Virus record (IMG/VR): IMGVR_UViG_3300010271_000004
Location: 1 to 40,509 of that record
Length of the DNA: 40,509 bases
DNA from: a virus
Direction: 5' to 3' (one strand)
Shown piece by piece: positions 7,606 to 14,270 of this stretch (positions are counted from its first letter, which is position 1; the number at the start of each line of letters is the position of its first letter). The notes under the pieces are model-generated. The model was not told the origin of the DNA. It saw only the letters and a program-made list of their open reading frames with translations, and searched no databases. The translations under genes were made by a program, and so were the position numbers.

Positions 7606-9016
7606 TGTAGTTTCGTTTCCTAATGCTTATTTTATTATTCATAATCTCCGCCACCCCTGTAGTTGCATCCTGTGCATCATCATGTTTGTTTTTACCTTCT
7701 CTTTGATACGTTGTCATTGATTTATAATATTCTGGCCATCTATCTCGCCAATTTATCGGAAAATAGATATGGTCCATTACCCATGTAGCATTGGATAATA
7801 TTCTAGCTTTTTTATTCTGTGATTGATGGAACCAAATAATTTTAGTCATGTTAATATTAAATTTTTCTTTCAATATCCTCTCTACTTGTCGAGCAAATCC
7901 TCTACCACCATTGTTAGACTCTATATAAGCTAAATTTACATTGTTTTCATATAATCTCTTTGCAGTTTCAGGCTCTGTAATCTCCATAGGCTCTTTTGTG
8001 TAATACACATCCAAGACGTAGGCCTCTTTGTTATAAATTCCAAATATCATACTGCATAAATAATCGTCACCCTCATCTGCAGTATCGGTATATGAATAAA
8101 TACCTTCAAATAACGAATTACCTTCCTCATCTCTTGGAATATCTGCGTATGTTTTAAATGAATTGTACAGCCTTCCTTTTATATCAATTGGCTCTTGTTG
8201 ATAGTTGGCACTTGCTATATCCTCACCCATAGCTCTTACTTTCATTTCGTAACTTTCTTTTGATAAGATTTCGTCACATAGCATAGTCCCATCATCTTGT
8301 AGGGCTTTCATGCATATATGTCTTATTTTCTTTTTCTCTTCTTTGAAATGCTCCAAAGCTCTCCCTGCTAAATCACCAGTTGCCCATCTAGTCATTATTA
8401 TGATGATTTTTCCACCTTCTTCGAGTCTGGATAGCATTGTATTAGTAAACCATTCCCAATGCTTTTCAAGTGTATTTTCATTATAGGCTTCTTCGCTATT
8501 CTTAATTAAGTCATCTATAATCATTAAAGTACATCCAAATCCTGTAGCGGTTCCAGTAGGAGAAGTAGCAAGGTAGTTATTATATCCACCTTCTAAGGAC
8601 CACAAATTCATTGCTGCATCCCCTTGCTTTATACGAACATGAGGGAATATATCTGAATATACTACTTTTTCTTCATCAGCTTTGACTTCCTGGATACCAT
8701 TTCTAACATTCTTTGAGAATACGGTTGATAAAGTTTCATTATACGATCCTGTCATGATCTTTTCTTGCTGGTTCTTTCCTAGCACCCATTGAGCAAATAG
8801 TCCTGCGGTTCTTGATTTACCATGTCTTGGTGGCATATTTATTATCAGTACATCATCATTAGAGAAGTAGAAACCCTGCATTTCATCACATAATGTTTTA
8901 AGAAATTCTCTATCTTCTTTATAAAAATCTGGCGCTAATAAATTGCAAAAATAAAAGAACTCACGTTTTGCAAGTTCTATTTTTGCATACTTCTTAATTA
9001 AGTTTTTATTAATCAT
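7586..9016 (-). CDS. terL: Terminase large subunit
   Basis: 476 aa with a Walker A-like MPPRHGKS, an LMIIDD Walker B-like motif and a C-terminal nuclease-type acidic region. It follows terS. Confidence 0.9.
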   Translation of the reverse strand: MINKNLIKKYAKIELAKREFFYFCNLLAPDFYKEDREFLKTLCDEMQGFYFSNDDVLIINMPPRHGKSRTAGLFAQWVLGKNQQEKIMTGSYNETLSTVFSKNVRNGIQEVKADEEKVVYSDIFPHVRIKQGDAAMNLWSLEGGYNNYLATSPTGTATGFGCTLMIIDDLIKNSEEAYNENTLEKHWEWFTNTMLSRLEEGGKIIIIMTRWATGDLAGRALEHFKEEKKKIRHICMKALQDDGTMLCDEILSKESYEMKVRAMGEDIASANYQQEPIDIKGRLYNSFKTYADIPRDEEGNSLFEGIYSYTDTADEGDDYLCSMIFGIYNKEAYVLDVYYTKEPMEITEPETAKRLYENNVNLAYIESNNGGRGFARQVERILKEKFNINMTKIIWFHQSQNKKARILSNATWVMDHIYFPINWRDRWPEYYKSMTTYQREGKNKHDDAQDATTGVAEIMNNKISIRKRNYSGKGAR

Positions 9017-9485
9017 TGTGTACCAACTTCTTTAGCTCTTCAGTAGTCAGTCCTGCAAAAGGATTGTTTATTTCCATATTACCTTTTATATCTACATCCC
9101 GTTTATCTCTCCACTCATTAGGTTTACGGTTCTTTAGCCAAAATATCTGTGCTGTTGTATCTCCTGGAACATGTTTTGTAGTTTGAATTATCTTACGTCC
9201 ATCATCACTAATTTCGATTTTTTCTTCTGTATACTCATATCCTAAAGCCCTTTTTAGTAGTGCATTCTCAACTTCTCTATCAACAACTTCTTTTCCCTTT
9301 TTTAGGGTAGCCATTAAGTCCGGATATTTCTTTTTGTACTCCTTAAAAGTTGAATATGCTACCCCTAAATTATAAGCAATTTGTTCATCTGTTAGACCAT
9401 CTCTTGCCCAACCTTCTATTTCAATCAGCCTTGGTTCTACATGCGTATGATATTTACTCGGTCTTCCACCTTTATTCTTATTCAC
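9009..9485 (-). CDS. terS: Terminase small subunit
   Basis: 158 aa with an N-terminal HTH (GGRPSKY...GLTDEQIAYNLGVAYSTFKEYKKK). It overlaps the terL start. Confidence 0.8.
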   Translation of the reverse strand: MNKNKGGRPSKYHTHVEPRLIEIEGWARDGLTDEQIAYNLGVAYSTFKEYKKKYPDLMATLKKGKEVVDREVENALLKRALGYEYTEEKIEISDDGRKIIQTTKHVPGDTTAQIFWLKNRKPNEWRDKRDVDIKGNMEINNPFAGLTTEELKKLVHND

Positions 9486-9511
9486 ATCACCTCACCTGCC
9501 TTTGTTACATT

Positions 9512-9532
9512 AAAAAAAGAGCCTGTTGGCTC
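9512..9532 (-). terminator. Intrinsic terminator just upstream of terS
   Basis: The minus strand reads GAGCC-aaca-GGCTC followed by TTTTTTT. Confidence 0.6.
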
Positions 9533-9556
9533 CGTAGGCTAATATTCACTTAATTT

Positions 9557-9745
9557 TTAAGGCCTTGTGCTCTCAATAAATTTAGGATCATCTGCCCATT
9601 CTTCAATATATCCACATTCTTTACACATATACTTAGTAGTTTCTGTTCCATCGTATACACCATCATTTCTTATGCCAGAAAAATTTCCTCTTGCGGTACC
9701 TTCCATCATTTCATTATCGCATTTCGGGCATTGCTTTTTATCCAT
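9557..9745 (-). CDS. Small zinc-ribbon protein
   Basis: The start is refined to ATG 9745 (MDKKQCPKCDNEMMEG...CKECGYIEEW), 8 nt after AAAGGGGGG. Two CxxC pairs are present. Confidence 0.6.
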   Translation of the reverse strand: MDKKQCPKCDNEMMEGTARGNFSGIRNDGVYDGTETTKYMCKECGYIEEWADDPKFIESTRP

Positions 9746-9890
9746 AACATCATCCCCCCTTTTCACTACTATAATTCGCCATAAAAAAGGAAAAATCCTT
9801 CTTTCATTCCCATTTTTTTGTAAAATTTTTCCCAAAATAAAGGAAAACCTTCTCTAAATGTCGAATGTTAAAAAGGGAGGAGGTGAAATT

Positions 9891-10055
9891 ATGGCTAGTC
9901 AATATCGCAAACGTAAAGGTAGTGATACTTGGCATTTTTGTAGTAACTGTTCCAACTGGCCAACTAGTAACTATGAAATTTCTTATACTAAACCTACTAG
10001 TGGAGAATTCTGTAATGAATGTCAGGCCAAGAAAAAAGCTGGGAACTGTAGTTAA
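9891..10055 (+). CDS. Reverse-oriented small Cys-rich (zinc-ribbon) protein, 54 aa
   Basis: ATG 9891 follows AGGGAGGAGGTG. The product is MASQYRKRKGSDTWHFCSNCSNWPTSNY...FCNECQAKKK, with CxxC...CxxC. It has its own downstream plus-strand terminator. Confidence 0.65.
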   Translation: MASQYRKRKGSDTWHFCSNCSNWPTSNYEISYTKPTSGEFCNECQAKKKAGNCS

Positions 10056-10366
10056 GGTATTGCTTTAAAAGATAATGATATTATGTTCCCAGCGAAATAC
10101 AATTTTTTTATGGAGGCGGTACAATCTACCTCCTTTTTTTTAGCAAAATCATCAAAACATGCTAGGCAGACTACTCGATCTTGATATTTTGACGGTACTA
10201 CAATCTTCCATATTTCATCAGGAACATAAAAATCAAATTTATCTCTATACCCACAAACTTTGCACCTTTGTTGCTGCTTGCACCAAACTTGACAATGTAT
10301 TTTAAACCATCTTATTGGCAATATAAAAAAATGTTCAAACCATTTAAAAATATACTCGATTGTCAT
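10052..10366 (-). CDS. Hypothetical Cys-rich protein
   Basis: 104-aa ORF (CKVCGYRD...CLACFDD). Its 3' end overlaps the plus-strand gene by 4 nt and contains that gene's terminator hairpin, so the exact C-terminus is uncertain. Confidence 0.5.
   Translation of the reverse strand: MTIEYIFKWFEHFFILPIRWFKIHCQVWCKQQQRCKVCGYRDKFDFYVPDEIWKIVVPSKYQDRVVCLACFDDFAKKKEVDCTASIKKLYFAGNIISLSFKAIP
10112..10141 (+). terminator. Intrinsic terminator for the plus-strand small gene
   Basis: GGAGG (10112..10116) - 12-nt loop - CCTCC (10129..10133), followed by TTTTTTTTT. Confidence 0.65.
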
Positions 10367-10489
10367 TGTTCCACCTCATTATATTTTATAATTATATGGT
10401 TGTTAATATTAGAATTTCCAAAACTAAAGAAAAAATTAAAAACCGCACAGGTTTTCAGTACGGTTAATACATGTTAATATTTTAAATCT

Positions 10490-10523
10490 AATAAAATTTA
10501 AAAGGACCCACCAAAGCGGGTCC
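10490..10523 (-). terminator. Intrinsic terminator ending the early/middle operon
   Basis: The minus strand reads GGACCC-gctttggt-GGGTCC followed by TTTTAAATTTTAT. Confidence 0.65.
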
Positions 10524-10578
10524 TACGAAAGGGGGTTACGGTATAAAAATCCTATTGTAAATATTATAACATACCTAA

Positions 10579-10618
10579 ACTGACACGTCACTGACAAAAA
10601 ACTGACAAGAAACTGACA
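10579..10618. repeat. Four direct ACTGACA repeats at exact 11-bp spacing
   Basis: Copies lie at 10579, 10590, 10601 and 10612. The region is non-coding, between the stop of ORF 10653..11000 and the terminator at 10523. Confidence 0.9.
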
Positions 10619-10652
10619 GATAGTTCGCATAATCCTTATTATGTGCAATATT

Positions 10653-11000
10653 TTATTTCAACTTCTGACTACAATACCTACAATACATATCATTTTTAGC
10701 TATTTTCTCTTGGCATCTAGGACAAAAATAAAACTTCCTTCCATCATATTCTTTGCACCAAACTTCTTTTACGTCTGTCAAATTGTTACCTTTTGCAACT
10801 AATTTCTTTATTGGTTCAAGTCTAAATTGATTATGTTCCCAATCAAAACCTAATCCTGCAAATTTAACACCGCTTGCTGCCCTTGCGCCTATTGAACTTT
10901 CTGAAAGTGTTATTAAAACTTGTATTTCTTCTGGATTTTGATGGGATTGTAAATGTTCAATTGTAAAATCTACTATTGCTTTTAACTCTTTTAAATTCAC
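10653..11000 (-). CDS. Hypothetical protein with a C-terminal zinc ribbon
   Basis: 115-aa ORF ending in FCPRCQEKIAKNDMYCRYCSQKLK. Confidence 0.6.
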   Translation of the reverse strand: MNLKELKAIVDFTIEHLQSHQNPEEIQVLITLSESSIGARAASGVKFAGLGFDWEHNQFRLEPIKKLVAKGNNLTDVKEVWCKEYDGRKFYFCPRCQEKIAKNDMYCRYCSQKLK

Positions 11001-11004
11001 GGTC

Positions 11005-11262
11005 TCACTCCTTCCCTAATTTTTCTATTAATTTTGGTAACCCTTTTCTCACAATCTCAGCCGATGCTCTTTCAATAACTCTCTCAATGACTTCATCTTT
11101 CTTTGAATAGATGTATTGCTTGATTGCCTTGTCTACACCTTCCCTTATTCCAAACTTTGCTTCTCTGTTCTCGTAATATCCGTTTGCTACAATACGCTTT
11201 GCAATTTCCTGTGATACCAATTCAGCAATATAACTTTCATCAATTTCAATTTCTAACTTCAT
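11005..11262 (-). CDS. Hypothetical protein
   Basis: 85-aa ORF, tightly packed, with an RBS present. Confidence 0.5.
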   Translation of the reverse strand: MKLEIEIDESYIAELVSQEIAKRIVANGYYENREAKFGIREGVDKAIKQYIYSKKDEVIERVIERASAEIVRKGLPKLIEKLGKE

Positions 11263-11284
11263 TTTTCACCTCTCCTTTTCAATT

Positions 11285-11821
11285 TTACAACGCATCCGCC
11301 CCAAAAAGCACAACCTTGAGTTTATTCACCAACCTGTTTTTATGCCGATAAAACGTCCGTTCATCGCAATGTAACCTCTCCGCAATCTCCGCCGGCGATA
11401 ATCCATCCCAATACTTCAGCGGTATTATATCGTAATATTCATCATCCTTTATAGTCTCCAACGCCCGTTCAATCCGTTGTATTTCTCTTTTGGTCCTCAT
11501 CATACTTAATTTTCGTCTTTCAATATATTCATCTTCATCCTGTCCGCCTGCTCCACTTCTGGACATTACTACAATATCAGACGACCTACGCTTTAATACC
11601 ATTTGTCCACTCTTTATATCCTCTTCATCTTGAGCCACTTTTAATTTCAGCGCTGGCAGCGAATATAATAACCTCTCTGTTTCCTTAAAATAATTCCGCT
11701 GCCCTGCCTCAACTTCTGCATTAGCTTTAATAATAGCCTCTGTAGCCTTTTTTGTTGCTTCATCAACAGTCTTTTTGATTATTTTTATAACTTCAGGTGA
11801 TATATCGGTTTTTGTTGACAT
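11285..11821 (-). CDS. Late-gene transcriptional regulator, sigma-70 region-4-like HTH (ArpU/RinA-type)
   Basis: The C-terminus YWDGLSPAEIAERLHCDERTFYRHKNRLVNKLKVVL is a region-4-type HTH. The gene lies between the replication and packaging modules, as phage late activators do. Confidence 0.65.
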   Translation of the reverse strand: MSTKTDISPEVIKIIKKTVDEATKKATEAIIKANAEVEAGQRNYFKETERLLYSLPALKLKVAQDEEDIKSGQMVLKRRSSDIVVMSRSGAGGQDEDEYIERRKLSMMRTKREIQRIERALETIKDDEYYDIIPLKYWDGLSPAEIAERLHCDERTFYRHKNRLVNKLKVVLFGADAL

Positions 11822-11855
11822 TTTAACCCCTCACTTTCTTCGCTACTTTATTAAA

Positions 11856-12011
11856 CTAATACTCTTCTGGCTCTTTACCTAACTGATAATATTCTTTATA
11901 ATCTCTCCAATTATCCAAATCCAAACCTTTACTTTTTGCATCCTCATAATCTTCTTGACTGTATGGCGGTTCATTGCCATTGTTATAAAAATTTCCAAAT
12001 TTAGAATCCAT
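11856..12011 (-). CDS. Small acidic protein (51 aa), absent from the ORF track
   Basis: ATG 12011 is preceded by GAAGGAGG at a 7-8 nt spacing. The product is MDSKFGNFYNNGNEPPYSQEDYEDAKSKGLDLDNWRDYKEYYQLGKEPEEY. Confidence 0.5.
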   Translation of the reverse strand: MDSKFGNFYNNGNEPPYSQEDYEDAKSKGLDLDNWRDYKEYYQLGKEPEEY

Positions 12012-12153
12012 ACAAAAACCTCCTTCACTAAACTACCACTAAAAGAACAGACTACCGAAGGAGGATTAATACATAATATGGTAATGGGGATTTCCCTCCT
12101 TTTCTTAATTTTTTATTTTTGTTCGGTAGCCTGTTTATCTGCTTTGCTAAAAA

Positions 12154-13509
12154 CTAACAATACTTCATACTCCTAATCCGTGCTTTTAAAGCTTCCAACA
12201 GTGCTTCTTGCCTCTGTTCTTTACCGTTTAATACTTTCAAAACCTCTTCATCTACGGTATTTTCTGTGATGATGTGATATATCCTTACCGTTTCCGTTTG
12301 TCCTTGCCGGTTTAATCTTGCATTGGCCTGCTGATATAACTCTAAACTCCAATTCAATCCAAACCAAATAACGATATGGCCGCCGGCTTGAAGATTTAAT
12401 CCGTGTCCTGCTGACGCTGGATGCGCCAATAGTATTTTAATCTTTCCCACATTCCAATCCTTAACGTCCCGGTTCGTATCTAATATTCTTGCCTCCTTAA
12501 ATTTTTTAAGGATCCTGTCTTTATCATGTTGGAAGTTATAAAACACCAATACCGGTTCTCCGTTTGCTTCGTCTATTAGTTCCTCTAATACTTCAAGCTT
12601 TTTATTATGTATCTCAATCACTTCTTTGTTTTCCGTGTATACTGCACCATTTGCAAGCTGAAGTAATTTATTTGTAACTGCTGCTGCATTAAGTGCTGTT
12701 ATATCTTTCCCATCAATCTCAAGCACCGCCTCTCTCTCCAACTGTTTATATAAATTAAACTCTTTTTTATCAAGCTTAACCCTGCGATTTATAAACAACG
12801 GCTCTTTCAATTTCAAATAATCTTTTGCTTTCATACTGATACAAATATCCTTAATTGCATTGTCTATTTCATCCTTGGCTCCTGCTTTTAACTTATATTC
12901 GTTGTAACCGGGACGGTAAAGCGTATCAAAATAACGTCTTCGGAATTCTGTCAATGTTTTTCCCAACCGTTCTCCCCGGTCCAAGAGATAAATTTGCGGC
13001 CATAAATCCTCATAGCCATTTGGTGTAGGTGTTCCGGTAAGCCCTATGATTCGTTTAATTCTCGGTCGTACTTTTCTTAGCTTTTTGAATCTCAAACTTT
13101 TATTGGACTTAAAACTTGATAATTCATCCACAATTACCGTATTAAAATCCCATTTTATCCCCAGTAAATCAACAAGCCATGCAATGTTATCTCTAGATAT
13201 AATATAAACATCTGCCTCTTGTTTTAATGCGGCTTCTCTCTGCTTGGCCGTACCCATTATTTTCACTATCTTTAAATTTTTAAGATGGTCCCATTTTAAA
13301 TGTTCCGTAGGCCAGGTATCCTCTGCTACACGCTTTGGCGCTATCACTAAAGCTTTCACATCTTCAAGGTAATTATTTTTTAACTCTTCAATAAAAGTTA
13401 ATGCTATTACTGTCTTGCCAAGTCCCATATCTAAAAAGAGTCCTGCTGCTGGACGTTCTAAAGCAAACTGTAAAGCTGTTTTTTGATAATCATGTGGAAT
13501 GAACTTCAT
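12154..13509 (-). CDS. SNF2-family (DEAD/H-like) helicase
   Basis: Motifs GLGKT, DELS, LTGTP and C-terminal QQANARLNRQGQ are SNF2/RAD54-type helicase motifs. Confidence 0.85.
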   Translation of the reverse strand: MKFIPHDYQKTALQFALERPAAGLFLDMGLGKTVIALTFIEELKNNYLEDVKALVIAPKRVAEDTWPTEHLKWDHLKNLKIVKIMGTAKQREAALKQEADVYIISRDNIAWLVDLLGIKWDFNTVIVDELSSFKSNKSLRFKKLRKVRPRIKRIIGLTGTPTPNGYEDLWPQIYLLDRGERLGKTLTEFRRRYFDTLYRPGYNEYKLKAGAKDEIDNAIKDICISMKAKDYLKLKEPLFINRRVKLDKKEFNLYKQLEREAVLEIDGKDITALNAAAVTNKLLQLANGAVYTENKEVIEIHNKKLEVLEELIDEANGEPVLVFYNFQHDKDRILKKFKEARILDTNRDVKDWNVGKIKILLAHPASAGHGLNLQAGGHIVIWFGLNWSLELYQQANARLNRQGQTETVRIYHIITENTVDEEVLKVLNGKEQRQEALLEALKARIRSMKYC

Positions 13510-13792
13510 GCAGCAACACCTTCTTTATAAATTCATCAATCTGTTCCAAGCAGTCGATTTTATAGACATCAAATCCTAATCTTTTGAACTGCTTACGTAC
13601 AACCTTTTGTAAACATGTTAAATCTTCTCCTGTTTTTTTCAGTTCTACAAAATAGCATCGTCCTCTATAAAGTACAATTCTGTCCGGCACACCATTGTTA
13701 CCAGGTGAGGAAAACTTATAGGCCTTACCGCCAATTGCTTGGATCTGTTTTCTGAATTCTCTTTCAATTTTGCTTTCCAACATTTCTGTCAC
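13490..13792 (-). CDS. VRR-NUC domain nuclease
   Basis: 100 aa with ...GVPDRIVLYRGRCYFVELKK..., a PD-(D/E)xK pattern typical of VRR-NUC. It is paired with SNF2 as in many phages. Confidence 0.75.
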   Translation of the reverse strand: MTEMLESKIEREFRKQIQAIGGKAYKFSSPGNNGVPDRIVLYRGRCYFVELKKTGEDLTCLQKVVRKQFKRLGFDVYKIDCLEQIDEFIKKVLLHEVHST

Positions 13793-13953
13793 CTTTGTTT
13801 GTTCCGTTCTTTCCGTTGACCTAATATTTCTTCATAAAGGCATTTATTACAGAGAAAGAAATCTGATTTTTTATCGTAAAACACACCTTTATCAGTTTTA
13901 CATATAAAACATCTTTTGCCTTTTGCGTATTCTCCGTCTTTATAGATTTTCAT
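13789..13953 (-). CDS. Small zinc-ribbon protein (54 aa)
   Basis: The start is refined to ATG 13953 (MKIYKDGEY...CFICK...CNKC) with RBS AGAGGTG. The longer track ORF begins inside the iteron repeats. Confidence 0.55.
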   Translation of the reverse strand: MKIYKDGEYAKGKRCFICKTDKGVFYDKKSDFFLCNKCLYEEILGQRKERNKQR

Positions 13954-13971
13954 ATTTTCACCTCTTGTTCT

Positions 13972-14268
13972 TTGTCCCATAGTTTGTCCCATAGTTTGTC
14001 CCATAGTTTGTCCCGCCCTTAAATCTAATCATGTCAAGGGTTCGCTATCCTTTCAGGACAAACGGGACAATAAAATTCTGTATATTTATAAAAATTCATA
14101 TTAGGCGCGCGTGTATGGCATACAGGTATATATACATAATTCCTAATTTATAAAAATTATTAAATTATAAAAAGTTTGTCCCGTTTGTCCCGTATACCTA
14201 TCAACTTCTTGATATAACTGATTTTAAGTATGGGACAAACTCTCAAAATAGATTGTCCCGTTTGTCCC
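13972..14268. repeat. Putative origin of replication: TTGTCCC iterons flanking an AT-rich core
   Basis: Direct copies lie at 13972, 13984, 13996 and 14008 (12-bp period), at 14176/14185 and at 14253/14262 (9-bp doublets). Inverted copies (GGGACAA) lie at 14064 and 14232, plus a degenerate one at 14055. The AT-rich stretch 14071..14175 contains a GGCGCGCG island at 14104..14111. Confidence 0.7.
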
Positions 14269-14270
14269 TT

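Noticed and set aside
12012-12153. Extra gene or riboswitch in the gap after the SNF2 helicase (strong AAAGGAGGG at about 12100..12092, and an 8-bp inverted repeat CTACCGAA/TTCGGTAG at 12052 and 12122)
   Set aside because: No ATG, GTG or TTG follows the SD-like motif at a usable distance. The alternative frame overlapping the 51-aa ORF is hydrophobic and low-complexity. The inverted repeat alone is insufficient evidence for a regulatory RNA.
13954-14004. N-terminal extension MGQTMGQTMGQRTRGEN on ORF 13789..14004
   Set aside because: It is produced by reading through the 12-bp TTGTCCCATAG tandem iterons. A proper RBS (AGAGGTG) precedes the internal ATG at 13953.
13972-14014. Possible mini CRISPR array
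   Set aside because: The repeats are only 12 bp, they are contiguous with no spacers, and further copies occur in inverted orientation around an AT-rich core. This is origin-iteron architecture, not CRISPR.
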